Notes: generated from the letters alone by a model not told the origin. Positions 29,571 through 40,255 are shown, counted from the stretch's first letter. The stretch: 64,000 nt of DNA from an uncultured Spirochaetaceae bacterium (GCA_964514135.1 CAZEPL010000008.1:5701-69700), one strand, 5' to 3'. Program-made: numbers and translations.

Positions 29571-30128
29571 ATGGCTGATGAAGATCGTTTTTTAGACAGC
29601 GAAGCCGATCAAGCGACCGAAGAGGTTGAAGTTGGCCGGAAAGTTGGTTTTGTTCCCGCTCTGGTATTAAAGGCCTTAAAATGGGCAGCTATCGGAATTA
29701 TCGTGGTATTACTCGTCATTATTGTGGCCTATTTAACAGTAGAAATTGCCATGCAGGGCAGGGTGCCGGCACAGGATTTACCTCCTGTATCCCAGCAGAT
29801 CGCCGCATCAACTGAGATCTATCAGATCTATAAGAATCTAAAACCGTTAAGAGGACAGACATCGGATAATCCGCCATATATTTATACGGCGGAAATACAT
29901 ATCGCTTATGAAAAAGGTAATAATGCCATGACTACAGAGATTAATGAAAGAGATTCGCAAATACATAATCTTATTTTGAAAATATTGGGCAGCAAAAAAT
30001 CGAGTGAGCTTAATACCAATGATTTTAGTTTACTGGAAAGGGATATTACCTATAGTCTGAATCAAATTATGCGAAGCGGGAAAATAAAGGCTATATTTAT
30101 TCAGGAGATGCAGACTTTTCCACAGTAA
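29571..30128 (+). CDS. fliL: Flagellar basal body-associated protein FliL
   Basis: 185 aa. Single TM helix (IGIIVVLLVIIVAYL). Position between motB and fliM. Confidence 0.75.
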   Translation: MADEDRFLDSEADQATEEVEVGRKVGFVPALVLKALKWAAIGIIVVLLVIIVAYLTVEIAMQGRVPAQDLPPVSQQIAASTEIYQIYKNLKPLRGQTSDNPPYIYTAEIHIAYEKGNNAMTTEINERDSQIHNLILKILGSKKSSELNTNDFSLLERDITYSLNQIMRSGKIKAIFIQEMQTFPQ

Positions 30129-30190
30129 GAGTAATGATAAACACTTTGCTTAAAATAAAAAAAGTTGTATAATGGAATAAGAGGATGTAG

Positions 30191-31216
30191 ATGACTGAAG
30201 TTCTCTCTCAAGATGAAATAGATCAACTGCTTTCGGCCATATCATCAGGAGAAGTGGAAACCCCTGACACACAGGCCATGCCTGCTCAGCGCAATATCAA
30301 AATCTATGATTTTAAAAGACCGGATAAATTCTCCAAAGATCAAATACGAACCGTCTCCATTATGCATGAGACCTTCGCCAGACTTACCACCACATCGCTT
30401 TCGGCACAACTAAGAAGTCTGGTGCATGTGCATGTCGCCTCTGTAGATCAGCTTACCTACGAGGAGTTTATACGATCTATTCCCAATCCCACTACTCTGG
30501 CTGTGATTAATATGGATCCGCTTAAAGGCTCGGCCATACTTGAAATCGATCCTTCGGTTACATTTTCCATAATTGACAGACTTTTTGGGGGACAGGGCGA
30601 AGAAACAAAACTATCGAGAGATCTTACTGATATCGAGCAATCGGTCATGGAAGGAATAATTGTGCGGATATTGGGCAATATGCGTGAAGCCTGGAGCACG
30701 GTTATTGATTTAAGGCCCCGCTTAGGACAGATTGAAACAAATCCACAATTCGCACAGATTGTACCTCCTACCGAAATGGTGGTACTTGTGACACTTGAGA
30801 CGAAAGTCGGGGATGTAGACGGGCTTATGAATTTTTGCATTCCGTACCTGACTATCGAACCGATTATCTCGAAATTATCCGCGCAATACTGGTATTCTTC
30901 TGTACGGCGAGGGACTACAACCGAGAACCTGAATATTTTGAGAGAACGTCTGGAAACGGTGAGCGTGAATATAGTGGCGGAGATAGGCAGCATGATGCTC
31001 AAAGTAAAAGATGTGTTGGCTTTAAAAAAAGGGGATGTGATACGGCTGCCCAATGTGAGAATAAACGATCCTATGGGTTTGAAAATAGGAGATAGAAAGA
31101 AATTTTTATGCAGACCGGGAATAGTTGGTAATAAAACGGCGATTCAAGTTATAAAGAAGCTTGAAGAAACAAAACCCGAAGAGTTTGAAGAACTTAAAGT
31201 AGAAGGGGAGGAGTAA
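30191..31216 (+). CDS. fliM: Flagellar motor switch protein FliM
   Basis: N-terminal LSQDEIDQLL CheY-binding motif, CheC-like middle domain, C-terminal SpoA-like domain. Confidence 0.93.
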   Translation: MTEVLSQDEIDQLLSAISSGEVETPDTQAMPAQRNIKIYDFKRPDKFSKDQIRTVSIMHETFARLTTTSLSAQLRSLVHVHVASVDQLTYEEFIRSIPNPTTLAVINMDPLKGSAILEIDPSVTFSIIDRLFGGQGEETKLSRDLTDIEQSVMEGIIVRILGNMREAWSTVIDLRPRLGQIETNPQFAQIVPPTEMVVLVTLETKVGDVDGLMNFCIPYLTIEPIISKLSAQYWYSSVRRGTTTENLNILRERLETVSVNIVAEIGSMMLKVKDVLALKKGDVIRLPNVRINDPMGLKIGDRKKFLCRPGIVGNKTAIQVIKKLEETKPEEFEELKVEGEE

Positions 31217-31218
31217 GT

Positions 31219-32337
31219 ATGAGTGAAGGCTATCTTTCGCAAGATGAAATAGATGCTCTGTTGCAGGGTACGGAAGAAATAACCGACGCAAAAGACTTAA
31301 GCAGCGGCGGTCCGCTTGCAGCAAATGAAAAAAATGTGTTTAAATCAATAATTCAAAGTACGATTGAATCGCAAAGCTCAAACATATCTATGGTTACCGG
31401 TAAATCGGTTATAATCGGGGCACCGAGTATAGAAGTAAAATCAAAACAACAATTGCTCGCCGAACTGATGAATGAAGTCGTGGAAGTGAAGATTGATTTT
31501 ACAGACGGAATTGTGGGCGAGCATTCATATCTGCTTGTACCGGATTTCGCAACAAAACTGGCGGGTTATATCATGGGACAGTCGGGAGTCGAGCTCAACG
31601 AAGCCGCACTGTCAGGTGTGGCTGAAGCGATTTCCAATATTGTAGGCGCAATTGCCACAACTTTGGGCAATCAGATAAATCAAACAGTAATGATATCAAG
31701 TGCACAGTGTGCTAAGGTAAAAAAAGAGAAAATAAAATTTCCGCCTGGTGATAATTTAATAAAAGTAGAATATCCAATTTCGATTGAGGGAGAAAAACCT
31801 GCAACTCTTATTGAGTTGTTTGCATTGTCCTCGGTCAAAGAAGTCGTAGCACGATCGACCGGTAACGGGATGGCGACAGGTCAGCCAGTCGCTGCGGGCA
31901 GTAAAAAGGGTGGAAAAGGAGATGTTATGTCACAAGGAATGTCAAATATCACGGGAGGTGACTCAGGGCAGGGAGGCGATCAATCGATTCTTGATGGATT
32001 AAACAGCATGATGCCAAATCCCAATGTACAGTCAGTTCAACTGCCTAATCTGCAGACATCGCAGGCATCACAAGAACAGAGTAACATCGGATTACTTATG
32101 GATGTATATATGGAGATGACTGTAGAGTTGGGAAGAACCAAGAAGCTTATTCGCGATATTCTGGGTATCGGTGAAGGAACAATCATCGAATTGGATAAAT
32201 TAGCAGGGGAACCTGTAGATATACTGGTAAATCATAAGTTGATTGCCAAAGGTGAAGTGGTAGTTATTGATGAAAACTTCGGTGTACGTGTAACTGAAAT
32301 TGTATCACCATTGGAGAGGATGGCGGATCTCAAATAA
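31219..32337 (+). CDS. fliY: Flagellar motor switch protein FliY (CheC-like N-domain plus FliN C-domain)
   Basis: N-terminal LSQDEIDALL, CheC-like phosphatase-type domain, Q/G/S-rich linker, C-terminal FliN/SpoA domain (GEVVVIDENFGVRVTEIV). Confidence 0.9.
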   Translation: MSEGYLSQDEIDALLQGTEEITDAKDLSSGGPLAANEKNVFKSIIQSTIESQSSNISMVTGKSVIIGAPSIEVKSKQQLLAELMNEVVEVKIDFTDGIVGEHSYLLVPDFATKLAGYIMGQSGVELNEAALSGVAEAISNIVGAIATTLGNQINQTVMISSAQCAKVKKEKIKFPPGDNLIKVEYPISIEGEKPATLIELFALSSVKEVVARSTGNGMATGQPVAAGSKKGGKGDVMSQGMSNITGGDSGQGGDQSILDGLNSMMPNPNVQSVQLPNLQTSQASQEQSNIGLLMDVYMEMTVELGRTKKLIRDILGIGEGTIIELDKLAGEPVDILVNHKLIAKGEVVVIDENFGVRVTEIVSPLERMADLK

Positions 32338-32353
32338 AAAAGTACAATATAGT

Positions 32354-32382
32354 TGACAGAAATTATTTTACATGCCATAATT
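32354..32382 (+). promoter_or_regulatory. Internal sigma-70-type promoter (TTGACA-N17-CATAAT) ahead of fliZ/fliO-fliPQR-flhBAFG
   Basis: TTGACA at 32354-32359, a 17-nt spacer, CATAAT at 32377-32382. Sits in a 150-bp non-coding gap, unusual within this tightly packed operon. Confidence 0.5.
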
Positions 32383-32489
32383 AAAAAAAGTAATTAAAAA
32401 TATTAGTTTTTAGTATCGGGAGGGGAAAACTGAAAACTACATCTCTTTTATTAACAATAATATTAATAACATTAGTAACATGCTCGGTA

Positions 32490-33020
32490 ATGTATGCGCA
32501 AGAACAACAGGATATTCTTAGCGAAGACTATGCAGCCTCGGATCAGGCTGATACACAAACCGGCCCGGCAGTACAGCAAATGGAACCGATTGGTCCTTCT
32601 TTTTGGGATTATCTTTCCATGGTACTGGGCCTCGGGGTTGTGGTCGTTATAATCGTTGTGATATTTTATGCAATTAAAAGGGGCATTAATAAAAAAATAG
32701 TTCAAAACGAATTGATAAAGATATTGGGTTCAAAAATAGTAACCGGAAATAAGGTGCTCCATTTAATTGAAGTGGGAAATGCGGTGTACTTAATCGCTTC
32801 TTCAAATGAAGGTATCTCTTTGATTTCAGAGGTTTCAGATAAAGAGACAAAGGATACTATAAAATTGAAAGCAAGCCAACGCCCTGAAAATCCGGTAAAA
32901 GGATTCGGTGATCTTATTGTAGGTTTTTTAAACCGTAAAAGTCAAAAAAAACAGGTTATTGACCACAGTATAAATTTTATGAAGGAACAAAGGAGCAGAT
33001 TGCATAAGATGAATAAGTAA
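32490..33020 (+). CDS. fliO: Flagellar biosynthesis protein FliO/FliZ
   Basis: Single TM helix (LSMVLGLGVVVVIIVVIFYAI) and FliO-family C-terminal region. The in-frame sequence upstream of the first ATG encodes a signal-peptide-like segment, so the true start is probably near 32430 (CTG after the GGGAGGGG RBS). Confidence 0.7.
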   Translation: MYAQEQQDILSEDYAASDQADTQTGPAVQQMEPIGPSFWDYLSMVLGLGVVVVIIVVIFYAIKRGINKKIVQNELIKILGSKIVTGNKVLHLIEVGNAVYLIASSNEGISLISEVSDKETKDTIKLKASQRPENPVKGFGDLIVGFLNRKSQKKQVIDHSINFMKEQRSRLHKMNK

Positions 33021-33049
33021 AAAATAGAATTGAAATCCTGGGAGGGGAC

Positions 33050-33811
33050 ATGAAAAAAATTATCGTGCTGATTGTACTTGTTATCTGCTGCAGTACAGTC
33101 GGTATATCTGCGCAAGAAGATGCAAATATAAATATTCCCTATTTTGATATCGGTATACGAAATGCCGCTAACAATGAAGAAGTTGCTTTGTCACTGCAGC
33201 TTCTCTTACTGCTGTCAATAATCACTATTGCTCCATCAATTATTGTACTCACAACAGCGTTTTTAAGGATTGCCATCGTTTTTAATTTCATAAACAGATC
33301 GCTTTCATTGCAAAACGTCCCTCCTACCCATGTGCTTATGGGGATTGCTCTCTTTTTAACATTTTTTATTATGTGGCCTACCTTCAGCGCAGTATATGAA
33401 ACCGCGTTTAAGCCTTTTGCCGATGGAACTATCGGAATTGAAAAAATGTATGAGAATGCTGAACAGCCGGTTAAAACGTTTATGTGGAAGCAGTTGGGAA
33501 GGGATTATAAGAATGTCGAGTTGTTTTTAAAGTTAGGTAATTACCCGAAACCTAAAACCAAGGGAGATGTACCCATTCATGTACTCATACCGGCATTTAT
33601 CCTTAATGAATTGGGTATCGCTTTTAAAATTGGCATAATGCTGTTTATTCCTTTCATTGTTATCGATATGGTCATTGCATCGACATTAATGTCAATGGGA
33701 ATGATCATGCTCCCGCCGATTATGATTTCGTTACCTTTCAAACTCATTCTCTTTGTACTGGTTGACGGCTGGAGTCTGATTACAATGCAGTTGGTAAAAA
33801 GCTTTATGTGA
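33050..33811 (+). CDS. fliP: Flagellar type III export apparatus protein FliP
   Basis: Signal peptide plus conserved FliP TM regions (LQLLLLLSIITIAPSIIVLTTAFLRIAIV...). Confidence 0.95.
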   Translation: MKKIIVLIVLVICCSTVGISAQEDANINIPYFDIGIRNAANNEEVALSLQLLLLLSIITIAPSIIVLTTAFLRIAIVFNFINRSLSLQNVPPTHVLMGIALFLTFFIMWPTFSAVYETAFKPFADGTIGIEKMYENAEQPVKTFMWKQLGRDYKNVELFLKLGNYPKPKTKGDVPIHVLIPAFILNELGIAFKIGIMLFIPFIVIDMVIASTLMSMGMIMLPPIMISLPFKLILFVLVDGWSLITMQLVKSFM

Positions 33812-33852
33812 CCGCAAACGCCATACGTATGAGCGTACTATAAGGAGGAATT

Positions 33853-34122
33853 ATGAGCTTAGGCATGGCAGTAAATCTTTTGAGGGGCGGGGTTCTGCAG
33901 GTGCTTGTAATAGCATCTCCAATTTTGCTTATTGGAATGCTTACCGGCTTAATTATTTCTATTATTCAGGCTACCACAAGCATTCAGGAACAGACTCTCA
34001 CTTTTGTTCCCAAGATAGCTGCTATTTTGGGAGCAGTCATAATTTTTGGACCGTGGATAATCTCATCAATGGTACAGTTTACCATCAGGTTGTTTCAACA
34101 GATATCTGCTATACCGGGATAA
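33853..34122 (+). CDS. fliQ: Flagellar type III export apparatus protein FliQ
   Basis: 89 aa, two TM helices. Canonical FliQ sequence (LLIGMLTGLIISIIQATTSIQEQTLTFVPKI). Confidence 0.93.
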   Translation: MSLGMAVNLLRGGVLQVLVIASPILLIGMLTGLIISIIQATTSIQEQTLTFVPKIAAILGAVIIFGPWIISSMVQFTIRLFQQISAIPG

Positions 34123-34194
34123 CGGAGGAAGACAATAGAAATATATCTGGTACAGTTTCAAATATTTCTTTTAATATTCGTAAGGATTACAGCT

Positions 34195-34920
34195 ATGGTA
34201 CATGTAGCTCCGTTGCTGTCTTCCAGTGCCATACCTGAGGTTGCAAAAATAGGTCTTTCGCTTTTTACTTCCTTGGCCGTTTTTCCGTGGGTGTATGCTA
34301 TGGGTTTTGAGATGCCTGCCAATATTATCGATTATTTTTTGCTGATTGTAGGAGAAATGTTTATAGGCATTATCATTGGTTTTTTCTTGGCAATCATTTA
34401 TGTCGCATTTCAAGTTGCGGGGAAATTTTTTTCACTGCAAATGGGATTCGGAGCTTCATCTGTATTTGATCCTCTGGCACAAATAGAAGTTCCGCTGATG
34501 GGCCAGCTGTTAAATATAATCGGGATGTTTGCCTTTATTTCCATAGGAGGTTTTCAGAAAATATTTTTAATCGGAGTTTACAAATCATTTAAATCGATAA
34601 GAGCGGTTGATCTGGTAAACGGGAAGCCGTTCCTGCTGAAATTATTTATGGGCAGTTTGGGTAAATTGTTTGACAGTGCGATTACCATCGCCTTTCCCAT
34701 CCTGGGAACACTCTTTATCGTTTCGGTGTGTATGGGACTGCTGGCAAAAGCAGCCCCGCAGATGAACCTGCTTATGTTGGGTTTTCCGATTGCAATCGGG
34801 GTAGCCTTTCTTATTTTGTTTTTCAGTATACCGTTTCTGGTTGAGGCGTGTGCCGGGCTTATCGACTCAAGCTTCAGGCAATTAATAAATATTTATCAAG
34901 GTATTACAGGCGGAGGATAA
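34195..34920 (+). CDS. fliR: Flagellar type III export apparatus protein FliR
   Basis: Polytopic FliR. The in-frame upstream sequence (IYLVQFQIFLLIFVRITAMV) matches the conserved FliR N-terminus. The true start is therefore probably near 34135-34147, a non-ATG codon after the GGAGGA RBS. Confidence 0.85.
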   Translation: MVHVAPLLSSSAIPEVAKIGLSLFTSLAVFPWVYAMGFEMPANIIDYFLLIVGEMFIGIIIGFFLAIIYVAFQVAGKFFSLQMGFGASSVFDPLAQIEVPLMGQLLNIIGMFAFISIGGFQKIFLIGVYKSFKSIRAVDLVNGKPFLLKLFMGSLGKLFDSAITIAFPILGTLFIVSVCMGLLAKAAPQMNLLMLGFPIAIGVAFLILFFSIPFLVEACAGLIDSSFRQLINIYQGITGGG

Positions 34921-36074
34921 TGGCGAGCGAACTATTGTTTTACACATACAGATTGAATAAGCTGCCGCCAGAACTGATCTCTGTGCATTTGCAGTGGTTT
35001 GCCGCAGAAGATGAAGGACGCACAGAAGAACCAACAGAGCATAAAATACGGAAGGCCAGAGAAGAAGGTAGGGTTGTAAAATCTGCTGAGTTTAGTTCAG
35101 CGCTCATTCTGCTTGTGGGAATAGGGGCGCTTGCACTGCTTGCCACCTATATGTTGGAAACATTTTTAGCTATGATAAGATATTTTTTAGTAAACTCATA
35201 TAAAATAGATATAACAACTAATGCGATTAGCGTACAAGCTGTTTTCAGCTTTTTAATTCGACTTACGCTGCCTGTTGTGGCTGTGGTGTTTATTACCGCA
35301 CTTATGAGTAATTTACTGCAAGTAGGTTTTTTATTTACGGTAAAACCCATAACACCGGATTTTACCAAGATTATACCCAAATTCGGTAAATTCTTTAAGA
35401 GAGCAATGTTTTCTGCAGAAGCGGGATTCAATTTATTCAAATCGCTTATTAAAGTTGTATTGGTGGCAATTTTAGCATTCTTAAATATACAGGCGGAACT
35501 GCCAAAGATAATGAATCTGCTTAAAGTGCATTTCTTCAACGGTGTTGAGCTTATTTCTTCAGTGGTTTTCAGAATAATTTTTGAAGCTGGTATTTTACTG
35601 TTAATGCTCTCTGTATTGGATTACATGTTTCAAAAAAGACTGCACAGAGAGCGTTTAAAAATGTCGCGCCAGGAGCTGAAAGAAGAAAGAAGAATGTACG
35701 AAGGCGATCCACTGGTGAAAAGCAGGTTGCGTGAACGTATGCGCGAGATAATGACCAGAAATATGCTGCAGGCTGTGCCCAAGGCTGATGTGGTAATTAC
35801 CAACCCCACGCATTTTGCTGTTGCCTTGGAATGGGAACGCTTAATCATGGCTGCCCCGACGCTTGTGGCCAAGGGTGCTGATATGATAGCGCATAAAATT
35901 AAAGAGATTGCACTGGAGAACGAGGTTCCCGTCGTGGAAAATAAACCGCTTGCTCAAGCCTTATATGATGAAGTTGAAATCGGAGAAATAATTCCTGAAA
36001 AATATTATGAAGTAATCGCCACAATACTGGCTGAGATTTATAAACTTAAAGGAGTTAGCAAAGAGGTGATTTAG
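34920..36074 (+). CDS. flhB: Flagellar type III export apparatus switch protein FlhB
   Basis: N-terminal EEGRTEEPTEHKIRKAREEGRVVKS. Four TM helices. NPTH autocleavage motif (VITNPTHFAVAL). Start overlaps the fliR stop (taATG). Confidence 0.95.
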   Translation: MASELLFYTYRLNKLPPELISVHLQWFAAEDEGRTEEPTEHKIRKAREEGRVVKSAEFSSALILLVGIGALALLATYMLETFLAMIRYFLVNSYKIDITTNAISVQAVFSFLIRLTLPVVAVVFITALMSNLLQVGFLFTVKPITPDFTKIIPKFGKFFKRAMFSAEAGFNLFKSLIKVVLVAILAFLNIQAELPKIMNLLKVHFFNGVELISSVVFRIIFEAGILLLMLSVLDYMFQKRLHRERLKMSRQELKEERRMYEGDPLVKSRLRERMREIMTRNMLQAVPKADVVITNPTHFAVALEWERLIMAAPTLVAKGADMIAHKIKEIALENEVPVVENKPLAQALYDEVEIGEIIPEKYYEVIATILAEIYKLKGVSKEVI

Positions 36075-36114
36075 CATGAATATATACAAGATAAAAACTG
36101 TATGGAGTAACTAA

Positions 36115-38202
36115 ATGGCAGATATGCAACGGGTATTCGGGTATTTAACTAAAAGAAAAAGCGATCTTGCCATAGCAGCAGGTGTAATTACTATTGTACT
36201 GATGCTGCTTATTCCGCTTCCCGAATTCATTCTCGATACATTCATGTCCGTAAACCTGGTAATAAGCTTATTGGTCATACTCATAGTCTTATTTTCCAAG
36301 AAGGTCCTTGATTTTTCCGTGTTCCCGACCGCTCTGCTTATTTTAACAGTGTACGGACTGGCACTTAATGTTTCTTCTACCAGATTGATTTTAGCTAAGG
36401 GGAAGGAATTTCAGGGTCAGATTGTTAGAGCGTTTGGAGCCTTTGTCACAGGATCTGAGCACGAGTTTACCGGTTATGTGATCGGTCTCATTATCTTTAT
36501 TGTGATTATTGCGGTTCAGTTTATCGTCATAACAAAGGGTTCAACTCGGGTTGCAGAAGTAGCAGCACGTTTTACTTTGGATGCCCTGCCAGGAAAGCAG
36601 ATGGCTGTTGAAGCTGAATATAATTCGGGTTTAATTACGGAAGAAGAGGCAATCAGAAGAAAGCATGAAATCCAGCGTGAAGTTGACTTTTACGGAGCAA
36701 TGGATGGTGCTTCAAAATTTGTTTCCGGTAATGTTAAAGTTGGAATCCTCATCACGTTGATTAATATGATAGGTGGTCTCATTGTCGGCATGACGATACA
36801 TGGTGAAACCTGGTCGGAAGCTGTTAATACCTATATTTCACTCACTATAGGCGACGGTCTGGCAGCACAGCTGCCGGTTCTCTTAATATCTACCGCGACC
36901 GGTATTGTTGTAACAAGAGCGGTGTCGGACGCCAGCTTCGGAACGGATGTGACATCACAGTTCTCAAGTCAATCAAAACCATTTTTAATCGGTATGGTAT
37001 TTTTAATTCTGATGGGTTTTTTACCGGGCTTCCCCTGGTATTTATTATGGCCGATGGGCGCACTGTTTGGATTTTTGGCATATACTCTTTCAAAAAATAT
37101 GATGGTCAAAGAAGAGAAGGTAAAGCTAAAAGAAGCCTCGGAACAAGAAAGAAAGCTGCCTGCGGAAATATCACCGGTAGTACCATTGGATCCTCTGTCG
37201 CTGGAGTTGGGCTATGGTCTTATTCCGTTAGTGGATAAGGAGCATGGGGCGGAACTGTTGGATAGGATAACACGAATTAGAAGGGAAGCTGCCTTGGATC
37301 TGGGGCTTGTGGTGCCGCGGATTCGTATCATAGATAATATGCGTCTCGATCCGCCCGAGTACTGCTTTAAAATCAAGGGTGTTGAGGTGGGGAGAGGAAA
37401 GATCAGAATGGGACGCTATCTGGCAATTAATCCAAGCGGAGAAAAGGAAGAACTGCCGGGAGAAAAAACACATGATCCGACATTTGGGCTTCCGGCTGTT
37501 TGGATTTCGGAGGAGCATAGAGATAAGGCTGAGCAGTTGGGTTATACCGTAGTAGACCCGCCGTCAATAATAGCGACACATCTTACTGAAATTATAAAAC
37601 AGCATGCTGAAGAATTATTAGGCAGACAAGAAGTACAATCGATTATGGATGCATTACGTGCTGATTATCCTGCTGTTGTGGAAGAGGTTGTAAAGACACT
37701 GTTAGTCGGTGAAATACAAAAAGTCCTGCAGGGATTATTAAAGGAACAGGTATCGATAAGGAATATTGTGGTCATACTGGAGACTCTGGCGGATTTCGGC
37801 CCGGTTACAAAAGATTTAAGCTATCTGACAGAAAAAGCCCGTCAGGCTTTGGGACGTCAGATATGTTTTCAGTATGCAGATGAAAACAGAATATTACGAG
37901 TGCTGACGATTGATCCTGATGTAGAGAAAAGAATTATTGATTCGCGGGTTGAAACAGGCAAGGGTTTAACTGCTGCTTTGGAACCCGCTCTGCAGCGTAA
38001 GTGGATAAATTCATGTCATAATTTCATAAAAAGTGTACAAGAACAGGGATATCTGCCTATAATCCTCTGTTCGGAAGCCGCACGGCCCTTGGTTAAAGAC
38101 AGTACAAAACGTGAGCTACCGCAGCTGGCGGTAATGTCTGTGCCGGAAATAGTTACGGAAGTAACTGTAGAATCTTTGGGATCAATATCAATAAATGAGT
38201 AA
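36115..38202 (+). CDS. flhA: Flagellar type III export apparatus protein FlhA
   Basis: 695 aa. N-terminal TM domain and large cytoplasmic FlhA-C domain. Confidence 0.96.
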   Translation: MADMQRVFGYLTKRKSDLAIAAGVITIVLMLLIPLPEFILDTFMSVNLVISLLVILIVLFSKKVLDFSVFPTALLILTVYGLALNVSSTRLILAKGKEFQGQIVRAFGAFVTGSEHEFTGYVIGLIIFIVIIAVQFIVITKGSTRVAEVAARFTLDALPGKQMAVEAEYNSGLITEEEAIRRKHEIQREVDFYGAMDGASKFVSGNVKVGILITLINMIGGLIVGMTIHGETWSEAVNTYISLTIGDGLAAQLPVLLISTATGIVVTRAVSDASFGTDVTSQFSSQSKPFLIGMVFLILMGFLPGFPWYLLWPMGALFGFLAYTLSKNMMVKEEKVKLKEASEQERKLPAEISPVVPLDPLSLELGYGLIPLVDKEHGAELLDRITRIRREAALDLGLVVPRIRIIDNMRLDPPEYCFKIKGVEVGRGKIRMGRYLAINPSGEKEELPGEKTHDPTFGLPAVWISEEHRDKAEQLGYTVVDPPSIIATHLTEIIKQHAEELLGRQEVQSIMDALRADYPAVVEEVVKTLLVGEIQKVLQGLLKEQVSIRNIVVILETLADFGPVTKDLSYLTEKARQALGRQICFQYADENRILRVLTIDPDVEKRIIDSRVETGKGLTAALEPALQRKWINSCHNFIKSVQEQGYLPIILCSEAARPLVKDSTKRELPQLAVMSVPEIVTEVTVESLGSISINE

Positions 38203-38212
38203 GGGAGATACT

Positions 38213-39394
38213 ATGCAATATTTTACCATACAAGCAAAATCGCATAGAGAGGCAATCGATAAGATGAGAATACAACATGGTGAGAATGGGAAAATACTTA
38301 CCTATCGTAATATTCGTTTGGGCGGATTTTTAGGCTTGTTTTCAAAAGACGGAGTAGAGATTACAGGCTATGTTTCTGAAAAAAACCATAAACAGAATAA
38401 TATTCAAAACGAAAAAATGAAAGTATTGGAGACGGCAAAAAAAGAACAAACACTCAACTATATACTTAAAGAATTAAAGGAATTGAAGTATGGTATCGGT
38501 AAGTCGATAGGAATACAGCAACAAGATCCGCCGGCAATTAAAAGAGTAAAGGAAATATTGTTGGAAAACGATTTTTCTTTGGAATACATCGGGCAGATAA
38601 CCGATAAGATGTGCAATAGATTTTCTATGATGGAGTTAGAAAATATAAATAAAATACAGGGTGATCTGATTGATTGGATTGCAGAGAGTGTTTCCATATA
38701 TGATGTTGATGAACAGAATGCTAAAAAACCCAAAATAATAACTGTAATAGGACCTACGGGAGTTGGCAAAACCACAACTGTTGCCAAACTGGCTGCACTT
38801 TATGGGTTAGAAAATAACGGGAAAAAGCCCTTAAATGTGAGGATAATTACTATTGATAATTATAGAATAGGAGCAAAACAGCAAATTGAGACATATGGTA
38901 ATATCATGCGTATTCCGGTATCTTTTGCAGAAACGCCCTCGGATTTAAAAAAACTGATTGCTCTGTATAATGATATTGATATAATTTTGATTGATACGAT
39001 TGGTAAAAGCCAAAAAGATTATAAAAAATTAGCGGAAATGAAAGAATTATTGGACTATTGCGGGAGTAAAACGATTACGATATTGGCGGTAAGTGCAACA
39101 ACAAAATGTAAAGATCTTGAAGAAATATTTCAGCAGTATGAACCGTTTAAATATGTTTCTATAATTATAACCAAGCTTGACGAGACTTCACAAATAGGTA
39201 ATATCATAAGTGTTATAGCTAAAAAGAAGAAATCGATTTCTTTTGTTACAGACGGTCAGAAAGTGCCGCAGGATATTGAAAAAGCTTCAATCCTGCGCTT
39301 TTTGCTGCAACTGGAAGGATTGCATATAAATCGCGAGTATTTAGAAAAAAAGTATGGTAAAAGAGAAAATGTTTTAAATGAGGTGTGGAGCTAA
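38213..39394 (+). CDS. flhF: Flagellar biosynthesis GTPase FlhF (SRP-type)
   Basis: SRP-GTPase G domain (VIGPTGVGKTTTVAKLAA). The ATG at 38213 has a well-spaced RBS (AAGGGAG); the ORF-track start at 38195 overlaps the flhA end. Confidence 0.9.
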   Translation: MQYFTIQAKSHREAIDKMRIQHGENGKILTYRNIRLGGFLGLFSKDGVEITGYVSEKNHKQNNIQNEKMKVLETAKKEQTLNYILKELKELKYGIGKSIGIQQQDPPAIKRVKEILLENDFSLEYIGQITDKMCNRFSMMELENINKIQGDLIDWIAESVSIYDVDEQNAKKPKIITVIGPTGVGKTTTVAKLAALYGLENNGKKPLNVRIITIDNYRIGAKQQIETYGNIMRIPVSFAETPSDLKKLIALYNDIDIILIDTIGKSQKDYKKLAEMKELLDYCGSKTITILAVSATTKCKDLEEIFQQYEPFKYVSIIITKLDETSQIGNIISVIAKKKKSISFVTDGQKVPQDIEKASILRFLLQLEGLHINREYLEKKYGKRENVLNEVWS

Positions 39395-39397
39395 GGT

Positions 39398-40255
39398 GTG
39401 GCTGATCAGGCAGAAAAACTCAGAGAATTAATGCAGAACCGAAAAGAAGATACTCGCTTGAATACACGAATTATAGCAGTCTCAAGCGGAAAAGGCGGTG
39501 TAGGAAAGACAAATATTGCCATAAATTTAGCTCTGTCGTATGCGGAATTGGGTAAAAAAGTAACCGTGATGGATGCGGATCTGGGGCTGGCTAATGTCAA
39601 TGTTGTACTGGGAGTTATTCCAAAGTATAATCTGTACCACGTAATAAGACAGCAGAAAAAAATGAAAGATATCATTATGGACACAAGTTACGGGATTAAA
39701 ATTGTAGCCGGTGCATCAGGTTTTTCCAAAATTGCAAATCTTTCCGAAGATGAAAGAAAGATATTTATACAGGAATTGGATGAACTTGCCAATGCGGATA
39801 TCATAATTATCGATACAGGTGCGGGAGTATCAAATAACGTCATTTCTTTTATCGCTGCTGCAGATGATGTTATTATTGTTACTACACCGGAACCCACGGC
39901 TATCACAGACGCCTACGGTATTATAAAGATTATTGCAACAGAAATAGAAAATATTGATTTAGGATTGAAATTAGTAGTAAACAGGGTGAATTCAGTAACT
40001 GAAGGCAAAAAGGTAGCTCAGCGAGTAATTTCAATCGCGAATAATTTCTTGAATATAAAAGTAGATTATCTCGGTTTTATATATAACGATAAATTGGTTC
40101 ATAATGCTGTAATAAAGCAAAAACCGTTTTTTTCAATCGATCCTCACAGCAAAGCTTCAATATGCATTAAACATATAATTAGCAGATTAGAAAATATCGA
40201 TTATCGTGAAGGCAGCGGTATTTCACGTTTTTTAAAAAAGCTTTTTGGTAATTAA
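39398..40255 (+). CDS. flhG: Flagellar number regulator FlhG/YlxH (MinD-like ATPase)
   Basis: GTG start. Deviant Walker A ([18 protein letters not shown]). MinD/ParA fold. Confidence 0.9.
   Translation: MADQAEKLRELMQNRKEDTRLNTRIIAVSSGKGGVGKTNIAINLALSYAELGKKVTVMDADLGLANVNVVLGVIPKYNLYHVIRQQKKMKDIIMDTSYGIKIVAGASGFSKIANLSEDERKIFIQELDELANADIIIIDTGAGVSNNVISFIAAADDVIIVTTPEPTAITDAYGIIKIIATEIENIDLGLKLVVNRVNSVTEGKKVAQRVISIANNFLNIKVDYLGFIYNDKLVHNAVIKQKPFFSIDPHSKASICIKHIISRLENIDYREGSGISRFLKKLFGN

Noticed and set aside
30457-31095. 198-aa minus-strand ORF and 86-aa +-frame ORF within fliM
   Set aside because: Both overlap the FliM coding frame, which carries the conserved CheY-binding and SpoA motifs. 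No independent support.
34053-34238. 61-aa ORF bridging fliQ and fliR
   Set aside because: Wrong frame relative to both genes. The real signal in this gap is the fliR N-terminal extension in the fliR frame (see findings).
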